DNA of 64,000 nucleotides from Naegleria gruberi. Lineage: Eukaryota. A model generated the notes under the pieces. It searched no databases and was not told the origin of the DNA. It worked only from the letters and a program-made list of their open reading frames with translations. The stretch lies in the NCBI GenBank assembly GCA_000004985.1, contig GG738874.1, one strand, 5' to 3'. The first letter of the stretch is position 1; each line of letters starts with the position of its first letter. The position numbers and the translations under genes were made by a program. Below, piece after piece: positions 22,659 through 34,235 of the stretch.

Positions 22659-24674
22659 TCACTTCTTTGGTATTCCCAAAACCCTTCCTAGCTTCTTGTA
22701 GAAATCTTTGAAATGATCCAAACTGAAAAGAACATAGGTAGCCATCCAAATAACAATTCCAATAACGTAAGATCCAATTCTATGCTTCCAACAAACAGAC
22801 CACATTGATTCCCAATCCACAGAAAATGTAATAAATCCAATCTCAGTCACTGCTTCGTAAATCAAATAAATCATTGCAAATGAAATAACTAAGAGATATT
22901 GGGAGAATTTGAATTGAAGAAAGAAAACATTTTTCTTCTTTTTCAACATGATATAAATCTTGATGGAATAGCTCAATATAATGGCCCAAGAAATTGCAAA
23001 AAACAAAAGGGAGAACCCAATAATTAACACTCTAATGATGCCCCCAGTTACTCTATTAAAGAAAGCAGCTATTACACAGGCCAGGATGAAGATTATTAAA
23101 ATTATGGACACAGCAGAAGCAATTATTCTTCAATAAAGTTAATGCAATAACTCCCAATAACACTTACAATCCATGAATAGAAACTTTCTTATTATTTCCA
23201 GAAAGTTTGAGCAAAACTTCAACAAACAATCCAGCCAGTGGGATATTTGCAACACACAAGAATGCTACTGAGGCAACAATAAGAGTTGGTGTGGGATAAA
23301 CAGCACCTCCTTTTGATTCGGCTGTGTGTTGGATTGCTGAGCCAAGTAAGCAAAGAATTGAGAATTCTAAACTGATACCTGCCAACAATTTCAAATCACA
23401 AATAACTCTCACCAATTCATGGCTCAATTGTTCTTTCATTGAGTTACGATTTGATTCTTTCTTATTACTTCTATTACTGGTGCACAGTTGAGACTGGGTA
23501 TTATCTATTACTACATCTATTTTGACTTGGTTGGGATTTGTATTTTGCTCATTATTGGAAATAGTATTCTTTTCCTTCTCAGATGGTTCTTGTTGTCGTG
23601 GAGTTTTCATCCCCTTTTCAATCGTGTTTAAGGTTCCTCGTGATTTCATGTGATCTTTCCATTTGATTCCTGATCGAAAAATTATTGGAAACAAGCACAA
23701 GATTGGTAAGGTGATAGATTGAATAAAATAGAAAACTATTTCAATGACTTTCAAGGACAAATGGTTTGCTGCTGGAACCCAGAATAATTCCATTGATCCA
23801 GCACATTTATCGCCCATCATTGAACGAAATGTAATCGAATCATTGCTGGAAGTACTATAATCACTACAAAGGCAAAGAAGAGTTCTGTTGTAAAATGTCA
23901 ATTCTGTCTTTCCACAAAATTGAACAATATTCATTCCAAATAAAACGTCCAAGGTTTGTACTCGTTCATATTTTGAGAATTGAGCCATGAAAGGAAGAGA
24001 AACACTCCTAAACTCATAAAAATGTGGATTATTCTCTTTGCAAAACAAAAAGTAATTGAAATAATTAATCCACATATCAAGTGTTATCTTGACATCTTCC
24101 ATTGAAATTTCAACATCAAATCCTGTGTAGTAATATCTCATTGGGTTTGTGTAATTCTTCTCCACCAATAATCCATCCAAATAGGTTGTCAAATATTTCC
24201 TCACCAAAGTTTCATTGCTAAATAATTTAAAACTATTGATTGCCTGCTCATAAAATACAGAATTGCCATTAGTATAATTGCAAAACAGCTTGTCATTGTT
24301 AAATTCCAATAGTCCAGTATATTTGTTAAATGACATAATAACGCCTAAACACATGAGCATTCAATTGAACGGAAATATCTCATACCTTGTATTCTATTGT
24401 AATCCTTATAGAACATGTTTGGCATTGATTCACACCAATAAAAGTCTGGATTCGAAATGACATCTTGAGTGTAATTGAAAGAAGAGATACCATCTGTTGT
24501 TGCGGGTAGTACAGTAAGCATCCTAGTGTGGAGTGGGCAGTTTTGAATTGATACAGTCAAAGCTGTAACCGAAACAAAGCTCATCTCCATTACTATTATC
24601 ATGATGCCAAACAACATGATTGTTATGTTGTTATCATAGCTCTTTAACAAACTGTTGATGCTTGCAGTTGCCAT
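22659..24674 (-). CDS. multi-pass membrane protein: signal anchor + ~250-aa Cys-containing ectodomain + about 7 predicted TM helices (receptor-like). Three exons: 24674..~24392, ~24348..~23168, ~23127..22659
   Basis: Exon 1 (ATG 24674) MATASINSLLKSYDNNITIMLFGIMIIVMEMSFVSVTALTV...YNRIQ| plus a GTATGA intron (about 43 nt), then exon 2 ...GVIMSFNKYTGLLEFNNDKLFCNYTNG... Reading through ends ...SIHGL*. A 40-nt GTAAGTG...TTGAAG intron would join in frame to IIASAVSIILIIFILACVIAAFF...GIVIWMATYVLF (ORF 22659-23111), adding 4 more hydrophobic helices. The last splice is inferred. Confidence 0.45.
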
Positions 24675-25236
24675 CTTTTTTTAAAATGTTTGAGAATAAC
24701 CTGAATGTCATGATGGAAAACCGATGACATTTCTGATGCAGTATCAATTCATAGATGATATTAATTAGATATTATTTCCTTTTCAAAGCAACAACACTTC
24801 GATTGTAATCACTCGTTTAGACAAGGTGAATCTGGACCATTCGGGTTCGAATACAATTTGTGTAAACGTTACTCGATGAGTGTGTATTCAATTAAACACA
24901 AATCATCTTTCGATAATTGATTTGCTTAGTGTCGTTGAATTTTTCAAAAGAAAGGCTGTAGATAACGTTTGTTGTTTTTTTAGTAAATTTTGGCGCCAAC
25001 TTTTTGGCTAAAGCTATCTCAGTCAATGAACAAGGAACTTGATGGTCAAAATTATTGGTCAAATGAAAGACCAATCTTTCAACATTCAAATTTCAATACT
25101 AAACTGTAAATGGTTCCAATTTCATTGAAGCAGTTTGTGAGGTAACTTGAAGATTCTTTACAAAGTATTGATTTTCAATTGAAAAACACTTTAAAAAAAA
25201 TACCTCAACTGCGACAAGCCAAATTCTATCACCAAC

Positions 25237-26619
25237 ATGCTGAGTCAGAGTAATACAGTTGATCATCACGAGGATCGATCGGAACATGATCATCATTCTA
25301 ATAATAATAATGGCACCAGTTTATCCATTGATTGCATTGAACACATCTTGTCATGCATGAGATTGAAGGACAGAATATCAATTTCGTTAATTAATCACGA
25401 TTGGAATAGAGGTTTTGAAAAGAGCGTCAAGACACTCATGATTACAAAAACCAAAAGTAAGGCTTGGTTACAAGATTTTAAAAAGTTTAGAGGTTTTATT
25501 AAGAGATTCCCAGAAATTCAAAACTTTACTTTAGAATCACCTATTGAAGTTTCGAGGGCTAAGGATGAGACGACTATGTGGTTCTCGATGAATGTTGTTC
25601 AAACATTATTGGATGAGTTGCCTTCATCACTGAAGAGTTTTACATTGTCACATTTTGCTTTGGGATTGTCATCGAAAACATTCGAATTGGTAATTCCTGA
25701 ATCGAAACAATTGAGAGAGTTGACTTTTATTAATTGTAAACGAGCACACGGTTTGACTGTTTCAAATTGTGGAAATTTGAGAAGTTTGTCAGTTTCATGG
25801 GGAAGCTTCTTTATCAAGAACTCTGGGTTTGAAGAATTGAAGAATTTGAGATATTTGAACTTGTCTAATAATAAGGTGGTCACTGATGAATTGTTGGATA
25901 ATATTGTAAAGAACTGTCCTTCTTTGGAAAAACTAGTGTTGGTTGGCTGTCTTAACATTCAGTCTCCGTTCAAAGATGTCAATTTGAATTGTTTGAAATA
26001 TTTAGATCTCTCAGCTACCAATATTAGAGATTCATGTATTGAGAATATTTGTTCTGGAACAGCACTCAATTTGGAAGAGTTGAGATTGAGAACTTGTATG
26101 GGCTTGGTCTCTCCATCATTTAAAGACATCCCTTCCATTAAAATTATTGGCTCACAATTCAATGCAGGAATTCAAACAGCAAGTTTCCACAAATTAAGAA
26201 GATTGGAAAAGATTGATTTGGACGGAAATATTTGCCTTAAAAAGATTTATATTTCTCAATGTAAAAGTATCATATATTTGGATGTGAGTAAGACTTTGAT
26301 TAATGATGAGGCGCTCGAAGAAATATTTTCAGAATGTCCAGAATTGAAACAATTCTTTGCTATCAAATGCTACAAATTGAAGAGTCCTAAACTTGTCCAC
26401 TCCAAATTGGAGGAAATTAGATGTACAAACTCGTGTTATCTCACTAAGAATACTGTCTTTGATTGTCCAAACATTATTTCTCAACATTTCATTGGTACTA
26501 TTCTCGGTCCAGGAGAGTTTACAGTTCCTCTTGTGTTGAGAGAAGATGTGGCAGAGGCCGCAGAACTTGCAAAAGCTGGCATGGTAAAGAATCATGTTAA
26601 TCGGTTAAATAAGTTCTAG
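25237..26619 (+). CDS. F-box / leucine-rich-repeat protein (460 aa)
   Basis: N-terminal F-box IDCIEHILSCMRLKDRISISLINHDWN, followed by about 12 LRR-like units (L..L.L..C..I.D..L..L...C..L..L.L). Confidence 0.7.
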   Translation: MLSQSNTVDHHEDRSEHDHHSNNNNGTSLSIDCIEHILSCMRLKDRISISLINHDWNRGFEKSVKTLMITKTKSKAWLQDFKKFRGFIKRFPEIQNFTLESPIEVSRAKDETTMWFSMNVVQTLLDELPSSLKSFTLSHFALGLSSKTFELVIPESKQLRELTFINCKRAHGLTVSNCGNLRSLSVSWGSFFIKNSGFEELKNLRYLNLSNNKVVTDELLDNIVKNCPSLEKLVLVGCLNIQSPFKDVNLNCLKYLDLSATNIRDSCIENICSGTALNLEELRLRTCMGLVSPSFKDIPSIKIIGSQFNAGIQTASFHKLRRLEKIDLDGNICLKKIYISQCKSIIYLDVSKTLINDEALEEIFSECPELKQFFAIKCYKLKSPKLVHSKLEEIRCTNSCYLTKNTVFDCPNIISQHFIGTILGPGEFTVPLVLREDVAEAAELAKAGMVKNHVNRLNKF

Positions 26620-26660
26620 AATAATCTTAATAAATATGTACAGATTGACTAGTGTCAATA

Positions 26661-27723
26661 TTAAACAAAAATCAAAGCTTGTTGTGAATCAGGTGAGCCT
26701 TTTGTAATAGATGCAATAAAAGCATCACTCTTTGAACTCAAAAATTGTTTAAAAGTTGGCCAATTATAAACAAATCTTGGAAATGAATCAGTTTTCAAGT
26801 GAAGTTTCACTGCATTGGTAGCTGGTTGAAGAACTGACTCAAGTTGACCATTCCACATGACCAAATCTGTTTGTGTAGACAATGTATTCTTTAAATCTTC
26901 CCAATCCTTCAACAGTTTACTTCTCGTTCTATTATCAATATTAATTTCTCTACTCGATCCATGTTCAACAAATTCCTGTATTACCAATCTATCAAATTCC
27001 TCAATAAGAATTGATCCTTGTTTCTGAATTTGAAAACACGACTCCAAAAATTCGAATGGTTCAATATTATGTTCCTCGATAAGAAATTGTTTAAAGGTAT
27101 ATTTCATTTCCTCATTTTTCAATACACTGGAGAATTTAAACTTGACACTCGATGGAATATCCTTATGTTTTGATGGTGGAACAAGGTGAGTCTGAGCTGG
27201 TATTGAAAGAAATAACTTTAAATTCTGATTATTCAACAATACTGGATTATCAACAAATTCCAAAAGTAAATGTTGAAAGGCCTCTTTACGTTCAGCAATT
27301 AATTTCTCATTAAATTCTTTAAATTTATGAAATATGGTCCATATTTAAATATTATCAACTCTCTTACTTACTTTTGAAACTCTTTGGTGGAAAGATTGTT
27401 TTAAAATCTGAACTGGTCAACTTTCTACATTCATCGTGTAATAATTTAAAATCACTATAACGTTTTCTCGAGTTGTACACAATTCTAGTCTCTGGAAACC
27501 CCGATTTGACAACTTCTGTCTGTATTAAATAGGTAGTCTTGGCACCTAATCCCTTTCCTTTGACATTCGAATAATTTTAACATTATATTCGAATCATCAA
27601 AAATTAAAACAATAACTAACCTTCTTTCATAGGATCGCCAACTACAAGCGAGAAAATTCTGCAAACGCCCGAAGATGAATTTTTGGATGAAAAAGCCTCC
27701 ACGGGCTGTTGCTCTTTCATCAT
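26661..27723 (-). CDS. PX-domain plus RGS-domain protein (sorting-nexin-like). Three exons: 27723..27621, 27557..27372, 27316..26661
   Basis: Exon 1 MMKEQQPVEAFSSKNSSSGVCRIFSLVVGDPMKE; exon 2 GKGLGAKTTYLIQTEVVKSGFPETRIVYNSRKRYSDFKLLHDECRKLTSSDFKTIFPPKSFK (PX signature R[RK]RYSDF...FPPK); exon 3 ...FKQFLIEEHNIEPFEFLESCFQIQK... (RGS-box-like). Introns of 63 and 55 nt with GTTAGT/GTAAGT donors. Confidence 0.65.
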
Positions 27724-28008
27724 TTTTTTTTATTGTTCGAATCAAAATAAATGTCACTTTGATTTTCACATTAAGAACTCTTCAAAATGTGTGATTATAA
27801 TAGGTTGTTTCTGAATAGGATTTGCATTCCTTCTTTAGAATCATCATTCTTTTACAAAAAAACTGTAAATGCCAAATAACCACTGAATGTACTGTAATAT
27901 AACAACTTTGGTACTGAGTAGCCCAGTGGTCGAATGTTCAATTCCTTCCTAACCACATCCTAATTTTTATCACCGCCAAAATGACTTCGAATAAACACTG
28001 GAAAAAAA

Positions 28009-31000
28009 ATGGTTCAATGTGATTGTGGAGAGGAGGCTGCAAGTTTGATTGTTCGGAAAGAAGGACCAAACAAGGGACGTTCTTTTCATTCATGTGCTTC
28101 GAGAAGTTGTCAGTTTTTCAAGTGGGGTTCTGCAGAAAGTCAGCAACAGCAACAACCTTCATCATCAATCGGAAGAGTTTCATCTGCAAGTAATAATAAT
28201 AATAACAATGGAAAATCAACAACAATTAATAGGAATAATACAAGTAATCATACTCGTAATACAAACAGTATTGATGGCGATAATGATGATGATTTTGCAA
28301 CAGTGGATTTTTCTGCACCACCTTCTAGGAGAATTGTTGTCTCTAATAATTCATCAGCCAACAAAACAACAACAACAAATACAACAACAACCTCCAAATC
28401 AACCAATAATAGGCAAGCAGGGACATCATCCTCAACAAGTACTAATTCTTCATCACAAAAATCAAGTCGAGTAGATGATGTTTCGAGTGATGGGAAAACC
28501 ATTCCGAAATGTAAACATGGATTGGATACAATTCTGTTAAAGGTGAAGAAAGAAGGACCAAACCAAGGAAAGTTGTTTTGGTCTTGTACTGAGAAGGAAG
28601 ACTCTTGTCAATTCTTTGAATGGTTGAAAGGAAACGAAAATGATTATCTTCATCTATTGAATGTAAATCCAAACAAGAAGAAGAAGACAAAAGAATCCAG
28701 TAGTGATGAAGGTAGTAGCTCATCTGGCTCTGGAGAAAAGAAAAAATCATCCAACCATATTGAATTTGAAATTTGTACATTAGAGGTAAATGGTGACCAT
28801 GAATTGACAGTGAGAGAATTTGAAGATGATAATGCTCCAAACTCAGAAGGAATTACAGAAGATTATTCAAGGATGATGCAAAATTCTCTCGCTCTTAGAG
28901 TGTTAGTCTCTAAACGAATTGCTTCAAAAGTTGCTGAAGCTTTGAATGAATTCAATTGTTTGAATAAGCTTAAGGAAACAGAAAATGAAGACTCTGAGGA
29001 CGAAAAAAAGAAAGTTGATCTCTATTTTGAATATAAGAACTATTCAGCTATTTTGAAAAAAATCAAAAAACATGAACTTGCCTCCAAATGTAATATTGTG
29101 GAACTTCCTGATTTTGTTATTCGATTGTTAAAGAATTACTCTGAATTGACAGATAAGAATAGCAATATTGACCCTTGGAAACGTATTCCAAAACAATTAC
29201 AAAACTCATTCCTTCCCTTCCAAAAAATTGGTGTCGAGTTTGGAATTAAAAAAGAAGGCCGTGTTTTGATATCAGATGAAATGGGTCTTGGTAAAACCAT
29301 TCAATGCATTGCCATTGCTACACATTTCTCAAATGATTGGCCATTGTGGATTGTATGTCCAGGATCTTTAAAAGCTAATTGGAAAAAGGAAATTTTAAAG
29401 TGGATGGGAGGGCAAACTGTTAAAGTGGATGGTTCTGATGAATTTATAACTTCCATGCAAATTAATGTCATTGACAATAGCAGTCAAGTCAATAAGGGGT
29501 TTTCCCTTATCAATATTATTTCCTATGATTTGTTAGCGAAGGACAATATTATTTCATTGGTTGAAAAGGAATTTGAAAAGAAAAAGAAAGGTGTCATGGT
29601 TTGTGATGAGTCTCACTTGTTAAAGAGTTTATCTAGCAAGAGATCACAATCATTGGTACCACTTTTAGAGCAAGCTACTAGAACTATCCTTGCAAGTGGT
29701 ACAAGTTGCATGTCGAGACCAATTGAGCTTTTTTCTCAAATTAAGGCCATCATTGGAAAGAACAGTATCAAGAAGCTTGAATTTGGCTATAGATATTGTG
29801 GTCTTACTCAAAAACCAAAATATGACTCGGATTACAAAGGATCTAGTAGATTATCTGAGCTATATTGCCTACTTTCCAATACAATAATGATAAGAAGATT
29901 GAAAAGAGATGTTTTAACAGAGTTACCACCTAAAAGGAGGTCCAAGTACTATTTACATGTAAAGGAAGAAGATCTCAAACAAATTAATGGCATTGGAGGT
30001 GATTCTAAGAAAAAGTTCTACCAAAAAGATTGGGGTAAACTCCAGAAAGATAAGGATGTTATTGCTAAATATGTGAAAACTGCTGAGGCTAAAATAGATG
30101 GAATCAGGTCTTACCTCAGAAAAATTATTCCCAAGAAGGAGAAGTTTCTCATATTTGCTCACCATAGGCGTGTGATGGATGCAATAGAAGAAACTGTGAA
30201 ACAAGAGCTGTCATATTTAACAAAATATAGTCACTCAAGTGTTAGTGATGATATTCTGGAGGAGGATATTTTCACTACTAAGGGCTCTACACATGACGAC
30301 ATTGAGGAATTTGAGGATGATGATGTAAAAACTTACGAGTATATTAGAATAGATGGCGAGACAAAGGACAGAGAGGGATTAGCTCATCACTTCAGATCAA
30401 CTGAGAATTGTCTCGTTGCCATCCTATCTATGAATGTAGCAGGTTGTGGTCTTAACTTTGTGCCATGCTCTACTGTTGTATTTGCAGAACTGTGTTGGAA
30501 TCCAGCCTTACTCAATCAATGTGAAGATCGTTGTCACAGAATTGGACAAAAAGGAGCTTTTGTGGATATCACGTACTTATTGGCAAAGAAAACCTTGGAC
30601 GATTTCATGTGGGATTTATTAACCAAGAAGGCTGACATTACAGACCTTGCATTAAATGGTCAAAAAGAAGAGAAGTCATCTCACTTAACAAGAAGTGTGC
30701 AGGACATTACAACACCCAAAAAGAAGTCACTCTCCTTGGGGGGTAGTAGCTCAATAGAAAAGTATTTGAAACCCTCACCAACCACTTCAACAACCACAGT
30801 TACTGAATCCACAAGTTCATCACCTCCTAAGCTAGACGATTCTGTCATTATGTTAGATGATGACGATGATGATATTTCACTTAATTCAAATACAATCCAT
30901 TCCAAAAAGACAGATTCAAAAGAAGACAAATCATCATCCAGTAAGAAACGATCTTCCTCAACCATAACACCTCCTAACAATACCAAGAAGAAGCTTCTCT

Positions 31001-31047
31001 TCCCTACACAAAAGAACACCCTCTTCTCCTATTGTACAAAGAAGTAA
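28009..31047 (+). CDS. SNF2-family ATPase/helicase with two N-terminal GRF-type zinc fingers (1012 aa, intronless); SMARCAL1/ZRANB3-like subfamily is tentative
   Basis: GRF fingers CDCGEEAASLIVRKEGPNKGRSFHSCASRSCQFFKW and CKHGLDTILLKVKKEGPNQGKLFWSCTEKEDSCQFFEW. SNF2 motif I LISDEMGLGKTIQ, DESH box VCDESHLLKS, helicase-C motif VI ...QCEDRCHRIGQKGAFVDI. Long Asn/Thr/Ser low-complexity N-terminal stretches. Confidence 0.85.
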   Translation: MVQCDCGEEAASLIVRKEGPNKGRSFHSCASRSCQFFKWGSAESQQQQQPSSSIGRVSSASNNNNNNGKSTTINRNNTSNHTRNTNSIDGDNDDDFATVDFSAPPSRRIVVSNNSSANKTTTTNTTTTSKSTNNRQAGTSSSTSTNSSSQKSSRVDDVSSDGKTIPKCKHGLDTILLKVKKEGPNQGKLFWSCTEKEDSCQFFEWLKGNENDYLHLLNVNPNKKKKTKESSSDEGSSSSGSGEKKKSSNHIEFEICTLEVNGDHELTVREFEDDNAPNSEGITEDYSRMMQNSLALRVLVSKRIASKVAEALNEFNCLNKLKETENEDSEDEKKKVDLYFEYKNYSAILKKIKKHELASKCNIVELPDFVIRLLKNYSELTDKNSNIDPWKRIPKQLQNSFLPFQKIGVEFGIKKEGRVLISDEMGLGKTIQCIAIATHFSNDWPLWIVCPGSLKANWKKEILKWMGGQTVKVDGSDEFITSMQINVIDNSSQVNKGFSLINIISYDLLAKDNIISLVEKEFEKKKKGVMVCDESHLLKSLSSKRSQSLVPLLEQATRTILASGTSCMSRPIELFSQIKAIIGKNSIKKLEFGYRYCGLTQKPKYDSDYKGSSRLSELYCLLSNTIMIRRLKRDVLTELPPKRRSKYYLHVKEEDLKQINGIGGDSKKKFYQKDWGKLQKDKDVIAKYVKTAEAKIDGIRSYLRKIIPKKEKFLIFAHHRRVMDAIEETVKQELSYLTKYSHSSVSDDILEEDIFTTKGSTHDDIEEFEDDDVKTYEYIRIDGETKDREGLAHHFRSTENCLVAILSMNVAGCGLNFVPCSTVVFAELCWNPALLNQCEDRCHRIGQKGAFVDITYLLAKKTLDDFMWDLLTKKADITDLALNGQKEEKSSHLTRSVQDITTPKKKSLSLGGSSSIEKYLKPSPTTSTTTVTESTSSSPPKLDDSVIMLDDDDDDISLNSNTIHSKKTDSKEDKSSSSKKRSSSTITPPNNTKKKLLFPTQKNTLFSYCTKK

Positions 31048-31163
31048 TTTCTTTAATCAATAAACTTTACCTGCACTGTATGAGAATGCTGATAATTGTG
31101 TTCAAATGTTTACAATTGAGTTCATGATCAAATCACCATCAAAAAAAATATCATCACAGTTAG

Positions 31164-33094
31164 ATGTCTTTTCTTCCACCACCACCAGTTACTTCAGCAG
31201 CTTTACCGTTTGGATCTGCTGCAATAGTGCCAACAATGCCTCCTCCTCACCCTCTTGTATCAGCAACAATAACAGCAACAGCAACAACAACAACAACAAA
31301 TTCTGTTGATGTTTCGGCAGAAGTAAAACCAATTGATACAACAAAGAGATATCAACAAGATAATCGGGTGGATATTAATACAAAGGATGCTTTTGCGAAT
31401 GGATTTTCAAAATACTTTTTAAACGATTTATTTTCTGATATTTCGATCAATCACATTCCAACAAATAGGAGTTATAGATGCCATCGTATTATTTTAGCTC
31501 ATCAATCCCAATTCTTTGAAAGTTTATTCACTTGTGCTTTTAGAGATTCGAGTGGATCTGTTGAAGTTCATTTTGAGGATACGGAAAGTGTTTTTGAAAA
31601 GGTTTTGGAATATTTGTATACAGGAAAAGTTAATATTCCAGTGACTTCAATTGTTGCACTTCATGTTGCTGCTGATCAGTTGATTTGTCCCGATCTTTCA
31701 AATAGTGTGATGAATTTGTTGGATCAATTTATTTCCAACGAGAATGTATTTTCATTCTTGGATGATTCTTTGAAATTGTATGATGATGGAATTTTAGAGA
31801 AGGCATGTGGATATATTGCTCTCAATTTTGTACAATTAATTGATGAGTTTAATTTAATTTTTCTTGATCTTCCTCCTCAAGTATTTTTCGGAATAATTGC
31901 TCATGAAAACATTGGAAAGGGGCCAGGAGCCAAGACCAAGAAGTGTGCTCTTATTACTGAATGTGTAAATGAATTTTGTAAGAAGAATAATGTTTTGGAA
32001 AATGTTGAAATGCTCAAGATGTGTATTGATGCAATGGCAGCAACAGAATCCATTACACCAGACTCAGCTGCATTCTATCTGATGGAATGTGAAAAACATG
32101 GACTTGTTGAACATCAATCTGCCTGTACAAGAATTCTTGCCGCTAATTTCAATGATATTAAGGATACCACCATTATTAACCAATTCAATCCAGATACTTT
32201 CTCAGAGTTGGTTGATCTTGATGAGTTGAATGTCAAGAATGAAGATCAAGTATTTGTAAGTATCCATTTTTAAGTTGAATAACTTACAATCCATTATTAT
32301 TATTTTAGGAAATTGTCTTATCTTTCCTTGTCAATAAGAAGGGTTTGGATTTGGAAAAGAAACAAGTTATCGGTCAAAAGATTAGAATACCCTTCCTCTC
32401 GTATGATAAATTACAAATTATCATGGAAAAGAAGGAACCAATCTTGATAGAATCTATACCACATGATGTTCTCAGTGAATCTCTACTTGAAAGAATAAGA
32501 AAGTTGGAAAAGAAGGGTCTTTACAAGATTTGTGGTGATGAATCTCCAAAATATTTGAGACCAAGAACTGCAAGATTATTTACACACACTTCTGATTTTG
32601 ATGAAGGAGGTGTTCTCTATTGGCTTGGAACTTTATATCATACTGAAACTTATTCTTCTCCAATAGGTAGAGGACTCTTAAAGGTTACAACCAGTATTGG
32701 TTTTGAAGCTGGTAGTGATGAAGACGTCATCAGTAGAGTTCCTGTTTCTTGTAATTTAATCAATAGTCCTAATACCACCATAACATTTGAGTTTGTGTCT
32801 AATATGATTTTACCATCAGCATATACCATTCGTCACACCAATGCCAGAGATACTGAATGTTTGCGTACTTGGAGATTCCAAGGATCTATTGATGGTTTGA
32901 CATTTACTGATCTTAAAGTTCATAACAATGATTCAACACTCACCACAAAATCCCAAAGTGCCACTTTCCCAATAACTGACTGTAATGAATATTACAAGTA
33001 CTTTAGAATACTTCAAGATGGTCCAAATAGTAGTAGCAACAATTATTTGAGTTTTGGTGGTTTTGAAATTTATGGAGCTGTAAAATTAATTTAA
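31164..33094 (+). CDS. BTB/POZ-BACK-PHR domain protein (BTBD1/2/3/6-like); 2 exons (31164..32255, 32309..33094)
   Basis: BTB is ...DISINHIPTNRSYRCHRIILAHQSQFFESLFTCAFRDSSGSVEVHFEDTESVFEKVLEYLYTGKVNIP. A 53-nt GTAAGT intron preserves the frame into EIVLSFLVNKKGLDLEKK... The C-terminal ~150 aa beta-rich region (…VTTSIGFEAGSDEDV…FEIYGAVKLI) fits a PHR domain. Confidence 0.7.
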
Positions 33095-33418
33095 TAATTT
33101 GTATTAAACAATTTTTGTAATTATTGTATTGAAATATCAGAAAGTTTGAAACGATTAACTTTTACCAGCATTCTCTAATTAGTTTTCGAAATATTGTAAT
33201 GTCTTAATTCTTCCGTAAGTTTCTACTTCTTGTTCATCTTTTCCTAATAACAAGAAAATCTGTAAATAAAGAAAAACCAACCATTTCCTCATCCTACATC
33301 TCCAAAATCACATATCCCTTACAATGATGAAAAACTCAAATATGAACCAATTGACTATTAAGAAGGAATATCACAGATAATTAGTTCATAAATATTTCAT
33401 TGATTTCACATCAAAAAA

Positions 33419-34235
33419 ATGTTTAGCTCACTTTTCACACGATATTCCCAACTCTTAATAGAACATCCCATCAAAACAAAGGCAATCACCTGTGGCTTCA
33501 TCACAGCTGCCTCCGATGGCATCACACAACACATGCTCTCTCGAAATTTACCTCCCGAACATCAACACTTCTCTCTCATTCGTTCCTTCAAGATGTTTTC
33601 ATATGGGCTACTGGCACTTGGACCCATCCTACATAATTGGTTCAGAATTGTCGAGTATTGTCTACCATTCAAGGCAAATGCCACTCCACGACAACGATTG
33701 GTGAATATTGTCAAGAGAGTGGCCTTTGAGTCGATCACATATAATCCCTTCATTATTACCACATTCTATACGATCAATACAATGATGGATTATTACATGC
33801 CCGATGATAAGACACCACCCTTTATTATGGAACAGATTGTACGAGGTGAATCATCATTAAAGGTGTTGAGGAGTAAGTTTGAGAGGGATTTTGCTGATAG
33901 CTATGCTTTTGGATTGAGATTGTGGCCAGCTGCTCAGGCTATTAATTATTATTGTAAGTTATTGTTGTTAGTAATTATTCCGAATATGATGATTTTGATT
34001 TTGATTTTGAATAATAATTTTCTAAAATGATTTTGATTAATTGATGATAATCATTACTTATAATAATAATATAATACTATGAATCATATTGTATTATTTC
34101 CTCTCTATTAATTCTTAAATAATTCATTGGTCATATATGCTGATATTAGTAATTCCTCCGATTTATAGAGTTTTATTCGTTAATATGGTAGCTGTGGGCT
34201 GGAATTGGTTCCTATGTACAAAACAACAACAATAA
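33419..34235 (+). CDS. Mpv17/PMP22-family peroxisomal/mitochondrial membrane protein; 2 exons (33419..33953, 34150..34235)
   Basis: ...CGFITAASDGITQHM...W...LPFKANATPRQRLVNIVKRVAFESITYNPFIITTFY...LRLWPAAQAINYY|GTAAGT intron (~196 nt)|LIPPIYRVLFVNMVAVGWNWFLC... fits the Mpv17/PMP22 consensus (..aaq.iNf..vP...Rvlfvn.v.l.Wn.yLS). Confidence 0.7.

Noticed and set aside
27905-27960. tRNA-like fragment (ggtactgagtagcccagtggtcgaatgttcaattcc) with D-loop-like AGTGGT and T-loop-like TTCAATTCC motifs
   Set aside because: It is too short (about 45 nt) and cannot be folded into a full cloverleaf with anticodon arm. It is probably chance similarity or a degraded tRNA-derived remnant, so it is not called as a tRNA.
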